Positions 1 through 12,790 of a stretch of DNA of 64,000 nt are shown here, piece after piece. The notes under the pieces were generated by a model. It was not told the DNA's origin, searched no databases, and was given only the letters and a program-made list of their open reading frames with translations. The stretch lies in contig NC_135655.1 in assembly GCF_964188315.1 (NCBI RefSeq), forward strand, positions 80,166,001 to 80,230,000, in the 5' to 3' direction. Position 1 is the stretch's first letter. Each line of letters begins with the position of its first letter. The position numbers and the translations under genes are program-made. Source of the stretch: Podarcis muralis. Its lineage: Eukaryota.

Positions 1-395
1 CCTTCCTCAAAGCCTGTGTTTTCTGGGAAGCATTTGGCACGACCCCCTGCTCCCCATACACTACTGTAACTAAGACTAAGCAGGCACAATTGGAATAATC
101 TCATATTCTTCCCGTGTTTTCCTGTAGCGCCATTTCCCTCCACATGGTCTATTCTGCCCCCATATGTCAATTTCTACATTTTAAGCAGTGATGTAGGGAA
201 ACTGGGGGTACAAAACTTCACAGCCTTTTTCAGTCAATGAAGTACCAGGGTAATTGACACAATCCTTCTTGCTCTGATTCAAGCTTTACTACCATTTGTG
301 GCGGATTAGCATTGGAGAAGTCAGAGGATAAGGAAAATAATCAAGGAGAGACTTTTCTTTGGTCGGGTTCCTATGCTGCCCTAGCAGTTTGAATA

Positions 396-399
<4 letters not shown>

Positions 400-427
<28 letters not shown>

Positions 428-447
428 TGTTGTTGTTGTTGTTGTTT
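400..447. repeat. Compound (TG)n/(TTG)n microsatellite
   Basis: A (gt)n run followed directly by a (gtt)n run, read from the sequence. Confidence 0.95.
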
Positions 448-1699
448 GTTTTTTTGCATTTCTAATTAAAAGCTAAAGATTGCATTTACAAGTTGAACAG
501 CGCTAGTGCCCCACCCATCCTGCCACTGCCACTAGTGTAGCGGTGATGGCAGCAACAGCAGCAGCGACAAAATCTTGTGCAGTCTCACAAAAATCAATTT
601 CATGCAGTCTGCAATATCTCGCAAGAGCACCACAAGATCTCATCGGAACCCACCACCATCTCTGATGCTTTGTGGGCACCACTGCACAACCTAAGTAAGA
701 GAGGCTTTGACAGGGGATGTTTCAGTGACAGGGTGGCACCTTCCTGTTTCCCTTCAGGCAGCAAAACACCCCTAAATTCAACCTATGCATCCAGCATAAG
801 AATTGCTGAGTTCAATGGAGCTTACTCCAGGTAACTGTGTGTCGGATTGAAGTCATGCTATATGGCTGATCAGGGATGTGAACCCAGGTTTCACCAGCCA
901 AATTCTAACATGTTAACCAATATGCCAGGTATCGTCAACCTTTTCAGTACCCAGGACCCCCTTTTAATCCAAACTTGCATTTGGGGATCCATTTCTTAAA
1001 TCTCTAACATATGTTTGCATGGTAGTAGTGCTCCTGTTATGACCCACTTTTGATCAGGCCGTGCCCCATGAATGGGTCCCGACCCACCAGGTAAAGGACC
1101 AGTGTGCTATACCATCCCTTGTCAATTCACTATTCTAGGACTGCATTTTATTCTGTCACACTTTCCCCCCTCTCCCATACAGACCACCTTAGGATGACAT
1201 CACGCTTGTTCATAGTTCAATGATTGAAATGTTGAGTGATGACTTGTAGGTGTGAAACAACCTTCACAGATCAAAGAATGCAGACTAGAGCTTTCCTATT
1301 AGCTCACATCACCACAGACAATACTTTTCTATGGAGGCAATTCACACCTTCTGGTGCAAGTCATCAAGCAAGGAGACAGGCATATGTGAATCAAGCTTTA
1401 GATCAGGAGTGAAAATGAGGACTATGGGGATAAAATTGGATCACTTTCTATATGGAAAGGTACTTGGTTTTGCAGTAACCCAGGGAGGTCAAGCTTTTCC
1501 TGCCAATACTTTCACTGTATGCTAAAATATTGGTTTTCAACAGGTTTGCTGTGAGCAGCAGTGCAAGCACAATTTAAAAAAAATAAATCGCCCATTGCGG
1601 ATTATGAGGACACGAGTAGAGAAAGTCATGCATAAAATGGAAACTCCCCTTTTATTTTACTGCATCTGGTGGTGGATATAAGAGCCAAACCTAGGACCC

Positions 1700-1925
1700 T
1701 GGATTCCACACTGGCCAACCAGATGCCTATGAGAAGCCCAACACCAGGACCTGAGTGCAACAGCACTCTCTCTATTTTTGTATTTCCCAGCAAATGGTAT
1801 TGAGAGGCATACTGTCTCTGATAACTGAGGTAGTACATAGCCATCAGGACTGGTAGCAGCCATTAAACAGCCTTATCCTCCATGGCTTTTTCTAATCTCC
1901 TTTTGAGGCTGTCCAATTTGGCAGT
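1700..1925 (-). mobile_element. CR1 LINE 3' end fragment (degenerate)
   Basis: Similar to the CR1 tail at 9360-9560 (tatttcccagcaaatggtattgagaggcatactg...agccatcaggac...ccttatcctccatg). Confidence 0.6.
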
Positions 1926-2102
1926 CGTCACTACATCTTATACAATAGGAGCAAGTTCAATAGCTTATGCACTGTGTGAAGAAGCCAGACCTTCTGGCCC
2001 TGAGTTCTAATGAAAACTCCCCTTTATACCTCTTCTGTGATCAGGTACTGCCTAAGCTACAGTCAAATGAGGAAGGGCCCATTGAACTAGCAGCTGACTC
2101 AC

Positions 2103-4288
2103 ATGTCTGGCATGTTCCACATCGACAGAACCTCTTCCATACAACTTGTGCAGGTCAGGGGTATGTTTAGGCTCCAACCCTGTTATAGCTTGGGCTCCCT
2201 GGTCTGCTGTGTCAAAATGGACTTTCTTGACCTGCAAAATGAAGCCCAGCTTGCAATTTGGAAAGTTAAGTATGAATACCACAAATACCAGAACTGAAGT
2301 GATACTGTTCAGGGCTATTGTTGAGAAAGGAGGGGAAAGAACAGTCAAAAGTGAGCAGGAAAAGGCATATATAAAATGCATCTTGTATTTGTCCCCTTCT
2401 CAGAAGTGGTAGGGAGTCATCTTCTTCATGGCTGAGCCCTTGATCACAGCTCTAGTTAAAACATTAGGAAGCCAGTGAGGTCAATCAGTGAAGCTACAAG
2501 GCTTCATGCTCCCATATCTCATTCATTTCTTCATTTTCCTATACACCCCAAACAAAATAATGAGAATTTCAGCTTATGTGTTTCCAACAGAATAAAGATT
2601 TTAATGTTTCCTGTGGCAGTGAATGCCTTGAAAAACATGATTACGGGGGTGGGGTGGGGTGGGGGTCTGAAAGCCCACAATATAGAAGGCAAATCAAAAG
2701 AGAGACACTTTGTTTTTAGTATTCACACAACTGTAAAGCAATTCTGAAATTATAGAGGAACCGGGTTTGGCAGATACTAGGGCTCAGTCCTACTGCACAC
2801 TTCCCAAGTCTCAATCCCTCACACAGCTAAACTGTTCTCAACACAGTGTCTGGGTTTAAAAGGAAGCGATCCTTGTTCAAATGCCTCTTTTCTACCACAA
2901 CATGTTCCACTTGGTATATAACCCAGGTCACAATCATATTGGCATGCACACACATACACCAGCAGCAGCTCTCCTTAGCTCCATCCTGCACTTAATTAGA
3001 ACAATTCATTAATGAGTCCCAGTGCTTTAGGTGCAGAACTGCCAACTGGACAATATTTTACTGATATGTCTAGTAAAAGCATAGTCTGGTAGTATATAGG
3101 CTTCTGAAAACCCCACTAATCTTTCTCAACAAAACCCTAGGCTATCGAGCTTCACCCATGATTACTAGTCTATGTAGCAAGCCTCATATGTGACTCAGGA
3201 ATGTCCACTCTGACTCTCAAAGGTTATGAATGGATCACTAATACTAATGTACACTTATGCACTCCTGCCCCATAACCATCCATATTCCAAACCTTAATTT
3301 ACTTACATGGTGCCTTTATCTATAAATGTATCACATTACAGCACAACTTTATGGGCATTTACTCAGAAGCAAGTTCTACTGTGTTTAATGGGACTAGTAA
3401 GCATATTTAAACTGATCAGAGTGTGACTTAATTCTGAACACCAGCATTTATGGGATTGCACTGCACCTACTGACTTCTTTCTGGCTCCTTGTACCATCAA
3501 AACGTGACTCCTCTTCACATCTTGTATTTCTGAAGCTCTGTTCATTTTGGATCCTCATATACACTTGCCAGATCACATCAGTTTACACATCCTGGCTTTT
3601 GTGTTTTGCCCTGCATCACAGTAGATTCTCTTTGACCTCATGGATATATAGAGAGAAGCCTGGAAATGGAATGACTCCTAAATGCTCAGAATTTAGTCTT
3701 GCAAAACATCCTCCTTCCACACATGCACTGCCACAGTTTTGTGTTGATACATCGGATTGAAATTCACAACGCAGGTGATTCATGTATGCATTATCAGTTA
3801 TGGTAACTATCAGGCACATGGCCCCTTTAAGAGAAAAAGCTATGACCCAGGATGCAGGCTCTTGGAGAGCTGACTCAGAAGGATGGAGAAGCTGCTCGAA
3901 TAAAGGCCTTGCCACTTGCTAGATGGATGTCGGACTTTGAGCTGCCTCATTGCTGAAGCTCTAAGCTCCAGCCTTCCTGAACTGAAGAAATAGCCCAAGC
4001 CATTATTAATGGCACTAGGTGATAATTTTGGCACATTACAAGCATGTTCAATAGCACAACAATCCACCACACAGAGGCAAATCCTAGGTTTGGGATACTT
4101 ACCTCTTTAGTGGTGGGGAAAGAAAGAGGTTTTTCTCGAACATACCCACTCCCTGGCTGGTACACACTCCAGGGAAGAGGATATTTCCCATCTGGGAGCT
4201 CAAGAGGCTGGAAGTGCTTGGTTGTTGTCGATTCATAATTGTCCTGAAGGAGCTTCCTGGTTTCGGAGAAAAGACTAAGCATGAGAGA

Positions 4289-4321
<33 letters not shown>

Positions 4322-6496
4322 AAATTATTTATACTCCACCCATCTGGCTGGGTTTCCCCAGCCACTCTGGGCGGCTTCCAACATAATATTAAAATACAAT
4401 AGTCTATTAAACATTAAAAGCTTCCTTAAATACACAGCATCTGAACTTAAGAGACACAGTGGATTTTAATCAGGTTATGTTTAGGCATGTTAGAATTGTG
4501 CTCTAAAGACAGCCATGCTTTCTATCTCCTAAAGTGATGCGTTAGTCCAGGCAACCCAAAAGATCACTGTCTTTGGCTCTTCCAGTCATCTACACTGCAT
4601 ATGGATACCACGGTGAAGTGCCAAATGCAATTGCCTTGCCATAGACTTTGTTATTGTGCTTTGAGGGAGTACAAGTAAAGCAAATGCAAGCATGTCACTG
4701 ACTCAGATGTGACATGAGCATTATGAGGATGTGATTATGTTTCACAGCTTTCCCCAATCTGGTACCCCCAAAATGCTCTGGGCTACAGCTCCCATCTGCC
4801 AGAGCCAGCACAGCCAATCACCAAGGGTGGTAAGAGCTGGAGCCCAAAACGTCTGGAGGGCAGCGGGTTGGGTGGTATGCAAAGCACAAGACAGTTTCCC
4901 TGTTCTGATCCATCCCAGTTAATTTCCACAAAGTATACGACCAATACCTACCCCACAGTTGGATTATCTATTTTGTCTAGGCTTGGCTTGTAGTGGACGA
5001 CGGGACGGTAATTGGTTTTGTATCCTGCTCCAGAGTGGATGCTGGTCCGAGGACGAAACCCTGCTTGACCTGGCAAAGGAAAGGGAGACAATGGCAGATC
5101 TGTATTGCCTGTTTATATATTCACTTACTTACTGCATTTATAAAGCACTGTTTTCCCACTGCACACTCAATACAGTTTACAATATAAAATAATAACTATC
5201 TAATTGTCAATTTAGGTAGGTAGCCGTGTTGGTCTGATGCAGTCAGGGAAAAATAAATTGTCCAGTAGCACCTTATAGACCAACTAAGTTTGTTCTGGTA
5301 TAAGCTTTCGTGTGCATGCACCAGAACAAACTTAGTTGGTCTATAAGGTGCTACTGGACAATTTTTTTAAAACAATTTTTTTATCTAATTGTCATGACGC
5401 AGAAGGAAAGAGATGGGGAAGGAAAAGGAAAACCAAGTGAATTTGAGTATACTAACTCTTGCATGATTGGAGCGAGGTGTTACATAATGTTCAGGTGGGA
5501 TGATCACTACAGCAGAGGAGTGGAGGAGCTACATGGCAGTTGACCCCAACCGAATCAAGAGAGATGCCGTGGGGCAGCTGCAAATAGTGGCTGTTCCAGG
5601 AGGACAGGGGCCAAATGGTAGTTTGTCTCAGCTAGGCTGATAAAGTGGTCCTCACCTTTCCCCCTAATGCACCAGGTATGATGGCTCCAGATGGAAGCTA
5701 CTCTGGTAGGAAAAAGGCAAATGGAAATTGGTGCCAGCCAAGCTGACAGAGGAGGCCTCACTGCCATTTCTCTCTCTGCAAAAGCCACTGCAAGAATCAA
5801 TTCTGAAGGATGGAAGCTTCATGCATGTTAGAAGGTGGGAAGGGGTGGGGCTTCTCCAAGAACATTCTTGTAATCTTTGGTGCTTTGACCTATGATAATA
5901 TCTAAGCTTCAAATCGAGGCTGGGTCCTAATGTCAAAAATCCCAACTGCATATTATTTCATAGTCTTATGTTTTATATCTATCCATATTGTCCATAATAT
6001 TTGTTACATTACAAGTGGGGTTAAAACCCTGCCAATGTTTTATAAACTTTTCCCATTCTTTCTTGGATTTCTTGTCTTCTTGGTCTCTAAGTTTCCTGGT
6101 CAGTTTTGCCATTTCAGCAGAGTTTCACAGCTTAGTTTGCCAGTCCTCTCTGGTAGGAACTCTTTCTTTCCATCTCTGGGCTAGTAGCATCCATACTGCT
6201 GTTGTCGCATATATGAAAAGTCTTTTCTGTTCCTTTGGAATGTCGGTACCTCATAAAAAGGCTTCTGTTTTTTTAACAAAAGTTTTCAATTTATTTTGAA
6301 TGGGTTCCCAACAATCAAGGCTCAAACGTTACTAAATGTTGCACATGATGGGAGCTTGAATCTCATAATTTTATTGTTATTCATGTTTTTATACCATATT
6401 TTATACTGCTTTTATAATTAAGTGTTTTAAAGTGTTTTAAATTTGTTGTTAGCCATAAGCCCAGTTTTTGAACCAGGAAGGGCGGGGTATAAATAA

Positions 6497-6541
<45 letters not shown>

Positions 6542-6784
6542 GCAGCAACAAGCCTGGGATTGGGATTATGCCTGAACAGCCTACCATCCTTTTGGGCAGG
6601 TAACACTTTCCTTTGTTTGATATGACCAAACTAGCCACAGATAAGATAAATCCCTTCCCTTATTGAAGATGTCCTTACCATAAGCTGTGCCATAGCTGGT
6701 ACAGTAGAATTTCATGGGGTCCATACACCCACCAGAGCTAGTTTTTACATAGGGAGAAACAATCCCTAGGGGGAGACGACCCAT
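2103..6784 (-). CDS. SAXO4: Stabilizer of axonemal microtubules 4 (PPP1R32/C11orf66), first four coding exons; gene continues beyond what can be resolved here
   Basis: Exons 6784-6679 (MGRLPLGIVSPYVKTSSGGCMDPMKFYCTSYGTAYG), 5069-4952 (QAGFRPRTSIHSGAGYKTNYRPVVHYKPSLDKIDNPTVG), 4256-4103 (KLLQDNYESTTTKHFQPLELPDGKYPLPWSVYQPGSGYVREKPLSFPTTKE), 2231-2103 (VKKVHFDTADQGAQAITGLEPKH...ARH). All GT-AG with matching phases 1/2/0/0. Matches recalled human PPP1R32 motifs (GKLPLGVVSPYVK, PDGKHPLPWS, KVHFDT, QAITGLEP) and synteny next to SDHAF2. No further exon was found in 1-2102. Confidence 0.92.
4288..4440 (-). mobile_element. L2 LINE 3' tail ending in an (ATG)n microsatellite
   Basis: Reverse complement reads tggaagccgcccagagtggctggggaaacccagccagatgggtggagtataaaataattt then (atg)n. 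The same tail occurs at 14258-14450 attached to an L2 ORF2 C-terminus. Confidence 0.8.
5214..5370. mobile_element. Penelope-like retroelement fragment with internal inversion
   Basis: Carries ggtaggtagccgtgttggtctg and gtccagtagcacctta.agaccaactaagtttgttc...taagctttcgtgtgcatgca, shared with 52165-52440. Part of it is repeated in inverted orientation. Confidence 0.8.
5990..6300 (-). mobile_element. L1 LINE ORF2 C-terminal fragment (stops present)
   Basis: Minus-strand translation ...RLFIYATTAVWMLLAQRWKERVPTREDWQTKL*NSAEMAKLTRKLRDQEDKK...EWEKFIKHW, typical of the squamate L1 ORF2 end. Confidence 0.75.
6430..6541 (+). mobile_element. L2-type 3' tail ending in (TTA)n
   Basis: gaagggcggggtataaataaa followed by about 14 tta units. 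Confidence 0.7.
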
Positions 6785-7765
6785 CTTCTCTGAAGATACA
6801 GAGGTGGATTTACTGACGAAAGGTTTCCCTGGAGGAATAGAAATGGAAGATGATTGACCACTAATCATTCTGGATAGCAGGAATGTGGCTCAGCCTCTGG
6901 ACAAAGAAATCAGTCTGACTTGAAGCAACTGTTCATGTGCATTGTGTGCATGTCTCCTTAGAAACAGTGAGGTCACACACACAGCATTGTGATGTCACAG
7001 ACTCAGGATTTTTAAAGGGAGCTAATGATACAAACCAGGCCATTTGTGGTCTTAATACATCAGGGTCAGGTCTTAAACGCTCCTTATTGGTTGCAGGTGC
7101 ACTGTGGCTCAAGTGAAGCAATGGAACCAACTCCTTCCACAAAAATGGAGATACCAGAATATACCATTTTACCTGAAGATTGTAAAAATATTCAACCTTG
7201 CTATTCAGTTCCAATTGGCAAGTAAGACACCCTCAGGGAAATCTCTGTTGAAATGGAGGGGAACCACACAAGAGTAGGGTGGCACTTTTCCTTTTTATAG
7301 AGGCTTCTAGAGAAAAGCTTCCAGAAGGATTTGAAACACTGAAGATCAAGTAAAATGTTCAGGGATCTCCCAGTACTGGGTGGGTGGGTGTGAGTGTCCT
7401 TCCCTCTATGAATCAGGAACCAGTTTGTATGATAGTCCCCACCCCATGCTGTAGCACATGGATTCTGCACACTCCACATAAAGCACTAGCTAATCTGTAC
7501 CCCTCCCACAATTTCTGCCTGTCCTTTTTCTAGAACTCTTCTATTGCATCTTTCTTGCTGTTCTTCTGCTGTCAATATATGAGTGCTTGTGGTGATTGTA
7601 GCACTGCACTATTATCAACATGTTTTCAATCTAACCACCTCACATTTACAATAACCTCTGAGTGGGAAATTGTTATGCTCCATATTCATTTCCAAACCTC
7701 CATTTTGTGTCCATTGGTGAGCAGCTGTGAGGAACCACTTTTTCTTATTTTTCCTTCATAAATTC

Positions 7766-8078
7766 TTTTTTTTTTTTGCAAAATTTGTATTAGTTTTTAT
7801 AATATCAACAACAAACAAAACATAACAAACATAAATCATAACCTTATTGAAAATAACAGTTATTTACTTTGTATAACGACTTCCTCGTTTCCCCTTACTT
7901 GAATTTCATTGCATATCCTTATAACGGTTTTCCAAATCCCAATTTTAATACCCTTTAAATTAAACATTAACATCTTTAAATCTTCTCCTTCTTGTATTAG
8001 ACATATTATTTTATCAGTTAACATAAATACAATCCTAAGCCCATTAAGTATCTGGAAGCTATTTCCAATTATTTTAGC
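7766..8078 (-). mobile_element. 5'-truncated poly(A)-tailed retroposon (L1-like 3' UTR) with 19-bp target-site duplication
   Basis: T-run at 7766-7777 (poly-A on minus). Direct repeat atttttccttcataaattc at 7747-7765 and 8079-8097. Confidence 0.8.
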
Positions 8079-9359
8079 ATTTTTCCTTCATAAATTCAAC
8101 TGCTTTGTTGTGAAGTACCACAGAGAACTTTCCATTTTAATTTCTCCGCCCTCCCAACACACCTGAAGTGCTATACATGTCTTGACAAAATAAATGGCAC
8201 CAGTTAATAGGTCAGTTGAGAGACCACCTTACTCCTTATATATACAGCAGATTATTGTGTTCTGCAGGAGTCTCCCTCAAGTTCCAAAGATCTTAGAATC
8301 CCAGTTAACAGTAGCTGAGAGGAAGGCTTTCAGTGTTGCTGCCCCTGTTCTGTAGAACAGCATTTCTGCCAAGATATGGCAGAGGCCACTTTTTGCACAT
8401 TCCAGAAACAATTGAAAATATATTTGTTTTGTTGGGGAAATTTCTCACAGACAATTTAACCAAGCTTTCCCAGCTGGCTGAAGAGGTCTCTGCCTTAGAT
8501 TTAAAAGCAATATGAATGAATACCTATCTCTAGGAGGTTTTTTTGTGTGTTTTTTTTGCATTGTTAGTTTTAAAAGCAATTTTTAGCTGTTTTTATTATA
8601 TCCTGCATTGCAAGGGGTTGGACTCAAAAGACCTTCGGGGTTCCTTCCAACTCTATGAAAATCCAACACACATTTAGAGCTCATTATTTCCCCCAAGGAA
8701 TCCTGGGAACTGTAGTTCTTTATGGGTGAACTGCAGCTCTGTGAAATGGAAACTACAGTTCCCAGGGTTCTTTAAGGGAAGCCATGTGTGTGGCATGTGC
8801 TTTAAATGCATGGTGTGCATCTACCCTAAATCATTTTGGCACACACACATAGGTAATTCGTAAGTAAGTAAATAAATAAATAACCTCCCAGCATGTGGCA
8901 AAGCACGGCTGCCACTTTGGCGGGGGAAGGAGGCTCCAACCATCTTCTGCATTTGGAAGCCATGACCAGCAGCACCACTACTTGGCCAGTCCTGCAGCAT
9001 CTCACCCACGTGGCGAGGCTCTCCTCTTTGGAGCAAGGGCAGGGAGAAGGTGGAGACAACAACAATAAATGTTGCAGATGACGCCTCCTGCTTTGAAGTA
9101 TAGCATACACACAGTTTTATTGTGCTTTTGCATGGGTCGTACACTTTGTGTATTGTCTTGATGGGGGGGATGGGATAGAAAATTACTTATTGCCATTCAC
9201 TGCCCCTTTTGTCAGGGACACTGACGCTAAGATTTTTACCTTCTTAATAAGTTATGTGTCTAGGACACATGCCTTTTTACCATAAGAACTACTGCAAAAT
9301 TATTAACAGTGGTTACAGACTATTCTGCCCATCTGTCTAGTCTGGCTGCTGGCTCCCAT

Positions 9360-9800
9360 GTTCCCTCCTGGGCAGGTGAAGCCAGGAAGCAGGGCAGGTG
9401 TGCAATAGACCCCTCCTGCCACCATTCCCCAGCCACTCGTATTCAGAACCATCCTACCTCTGATCCTGAAGACAGGATGTAGCCATCATGACTAGATGCC
9501 AATGACAGCCTAATCCTCCATGAATTTATTTAATTCCCTTTAAAAAAACATTAAATCGAGCAGCTATCATTTTGTCTTTTGGTAGTGAATTCCATAGTTT
9601 AACCACACGCAGTATGAAAAATACTCCACTTTCAGAATTAACGAGTCCCGAAATGCTAGGACCTTTCCTTGTAAAGTTTGTATTGGCTGCCCCTTTCCCG
9701 AGCCTTTTCCCGCTCTTCTGTATCCTTTTTTGGGCAAGGCAACCAGAACTGCACACTGTATTTTAAAGTGTGGACACACCACATATTTGTATGAAGATGT
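9360..9800 (-). mobile_element. CR1 LINE 3' fragment
   Basis: Degenerate CR1 ORF2 motifs in ORFs 9526-9756 (FFILRVVKLWNSLPKD) and 9567-9863 (YKYVVCPHFK..., compare VRPHLEYCVQFW). Confidence 0.8.
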
Positions 9801-9969
9801 TTCCTTTCGTAACAAAGCAAACTCTGAATTAATATTTTCACGCAGCCGTCTCAACATTTGCACTGAGCGTTTCCTGGTTGGTCGCCATCAGCTCAGACCC
9901 CATCAGCATATAGGATCTTTTTGCCCCAGTGTGCATCACTTTACACATAGGTGGTCATTGTTGTGCTTG

Positions 9970-10158
9970 GAGGTGGACTAGGACCTCGGAGCCAGGCTTG
10001 AAAACCCTGCTCAGCCATTAAGCTGACTGGAAGCCACAGCCTCAGAGTCTAACCTACCACACAGGGTCGCTGGGGATAAAATGGGGAGGAATTGATCCAT
10101 GTACACTATCCTGAGCTCCTTAAGTGGAAATATGGGATATAAATGGAATAAATAAATG
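9970..10158 (+). mobile_element. Squam3-like/MIR-like SINE
   Basis: ctcagccattaagctgactgg...cagcctcagagtctaacctaccacacagggt...ctgagctcctt...gggatataaatggaataaataaa; related copy at 18247-18420. Confidence 0.65.
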
Positions 10159-10815
10159 AACTGCATTTGCCATTTTAATGCCTATTCAGCAAGTTCCACT
10201 TGGAATCCCATTTTGTTTCTATTGACCTGAATAATTTGATGGTCTCAGAAAATAGCCATCATTGTAGGAAACATTGCTGTACACACCAGACATGTTCATA
10301 CACATATCTAGGAACCCAGCAAGAGAAATGAGATGCATACATATGTCCTTACATAGGGTTGTGCACAGAGTGTAGGGGAAAGACCTAAATCAGGTATTAA
10401 ACCACATGACCACATCTAAACAGATTCTCCCAAAACAGCAATTAGCCGTTGCCCCTTATCTTGTCGTTTTTCTAAAAATTAATATTTCTAATCTTCCAAG
10501 CACAGAAAAGGGGGCGGGGGAAGGACTATTTAACTTAGGTACAGAAGCATAGTTCAGGGTCAGACCACATGTTTTGTGTCCAAAAGATCTAAAGTTCAGT
10601 CTCTGGTAGCTCCAACCAAAAAGGTCGTAAGCTTGCAGAGTTGGGGAAATCCTTGGCTAGTCACTTCCAGTCAAAGTACTGAGCCAGTGCAGTGCAAAGG
10701 AGACCAAAGGACACTGCAGAGAAGTTTGTGAGACAACATGAAGCTAAATCCACCATGGACAGCAGCCTGCAGCCACCAACCCCATTTCGCCTCGCGAGGA
10801 TGACATTGTCCTTAC

Positions 10816-10990
10816 CTGTCCCAACCAACGGGGCACTGCTTGCTGGCTGATGGTAGCAAGCAGAACTAGATGTCCAAAAGGAACGAACCATTCATTTATT
10901 TAAGGAACTGAAGTTGGGAACTTGACGGACGAATGCAGAAAGCTGAAGTCTAGCAGCATGTAACCTAGCAACCAGCACCTAGCAACTAGC
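10816..10990 (-). promoter_or_regulatory. SAXO4: Candidate SAXO4 promoter and non-coding first exon with tandem RFX X-box sites
   Basis: GTAACCTAGCAAC at 10960-10972 (reverse GTTGCTAGGTTAC) plus a second CCTAGCAAC half-site at 10978-10986. Minus-strand donor CAG|gtaag at 10816/10815. Matching acceptor cttcag|agaagATG at 6790/6789. Confidence 0.6.
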
Positions 10991-12571
10991 TCGACAACAT
11001 TGCTCTCCTTCCAATGGCCTTATAGTTCAGAGGGTATTGGGAGCAACTGCAGGGGCCCTGAGCACACATGCCCAATACGTACATGAAATCGTTCTGATTA
11101 TTTGGATTCCTAAATATAGCCCTCACGGGGTTGAGGTCTGTGTGTTTCCTGAGCCATTGTCCCATTGTATTCAAGTTGAGCTACTAGATAGGAGCTGGGG
11201 AGGTATGCTGCAGTTGAACAAGGTAGAGTCACCAGAATCAGTGCTGCCCCCACTCCCATGTCCGTAAAACACAGAACAGTACCAAGTGGGCAGAAAGGAA
11301 CATGTGTAAGGCTGCGTGCCTACTAAATGTCTGCAGTCACAGCTGTGCAGTGTAATTCAAGTGTAACTTTAGATGTCCGGCGCACAACTCTTGAGAATTT
11401 AAGCCTTCGCCACCATTATCCCACCTCCCAATGTTCTGCATTTGTATCTGCGAAATAATATTGAAATGCTATTGTAAAGTCTTAGCAATATGAGTTGTGG
11501 GTTTCAGATAGCTCAGTTTTGGTGCTGTGTGATTCTGTTGCTTACCTAGGACTAAAATAAGTGTATTTGTGTTAAGTATATTTTACTCATGTCATTGAAT
11601 GTGGCATTGCTTGACACAGAATCTCTGCAATCTGAACTCTGACACGGAAGAGAAATCTCTGAGCATACAAAATTAAAGATATGTAAGTTACACATCACTT
11701 TTGATCAAGGCTGCATGTGAATATTTAGTACTGAGCAAACATCATCATCATGCTTATAATGACACCATGTGGTAGTTTAAAGGTAATGCCATAGACTAGG
11801 TGGCTGCAAAGAAACATGTAACCTTAAGCATGACTTTTAAAGTTCTGTGTGGTAAGGGGTGGAGGGGAAACCAACTCTAGGAGGGCCAAGCTGTATTTCA
11901 AATTGTCACACAGCTAGCAAGTTTTAATAGGATTTTTTTAATTTAAAAAATGTACATGACATAAACCATGTTCTGTAGAAACCCCTGGGTGTCTGAAAGT
12001 GTTACTTATATGATTATTGAAGAAGTCATTGCTGGCCGGAAGAAAAAGTATTTATGTATCCTAGAACAATTTCAAAAAACTGTTTTGAAAATACCTGACT
12101 CCCAGTAATTGACTGAAAAGTGGAAAAGAGCCTAACAGGGTTAGACACAAGTCACACAGTACTGTTTTCTTCTTTTTGCACCATCAACTTCTAAAAATAG
12201 AATAGCGAAAGTTCATTCAGGTAGGAATGCTAGCAGTTGATTGGGTGAAAAAAGGAAATACAAGCAGACTGAATAAACAGTGTATGTTTATGAAAATTTA
12301 TGAACAGAGACATAGGCTGATCTATTTGCTTTTTTATTTTTTAGTATTTCACATAAAATTGTCAAATGGAAGGGTGGTCCCCTTTGGAATAAGGAATTTG
12401 GAGTGAAGAACCTTGTTTTGTCAGCAAGTGGCACACATTTTTGTGTTCTGGGAAATGATAATGTTCTTTAGTTAAATTCTACTTTCAGCTTCTAATTTTT
12501 TGTTCTCATTTTGTCTATGTTCAGAACTGCCCTGTGATCTTTGAATGAAAGGCACTATAAACATATAATAA

Positions 12572-12790
12572 ATCATAGAATCATAGGGTTGGAAGGGACC
12601 CCAAGGGTCATCTAGTCCAACCCCCTACAGTGCAAAAATCTCAGCTAAAGCATCCATGATAGATGGCCATCCTATCTGTTTAAAAACCTCCAAGGAACAA
12701 GAGCCCACCACCTTTCACGGGAGTCTGTTTACTGCCAAACAGCTCTTACTGCCAGAAAGTTTTTTCAAATGTTTAGTTGGAGATATTCAT
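12572..12790 (-). mobile_element. CR1 LINE 3' end
   Basis: atcatagaatcatagggttggaagggaccccaagggtcatctagtccaacccc, the usual CR1 terminal signature. Confidence 0.85.

Noticed and set aside
1657-1700. Minus-strand GPRFGSYIHHQMQ* resembling the next SAXO4 exon (human GPRFMTSEY)
   Set aside because: The similarity is four residues only, the acceptor lacks a pyrimidine tract, a stop follows at once, and the segment abuts a CR1-derived repeat.
3947-4469. Poly-Met, poly-His and poly-Ile ORFs
   Set aside because: These are translations of the (CAT)n microsatellite on an L2 tail; only 4103-4256 is a real exon.
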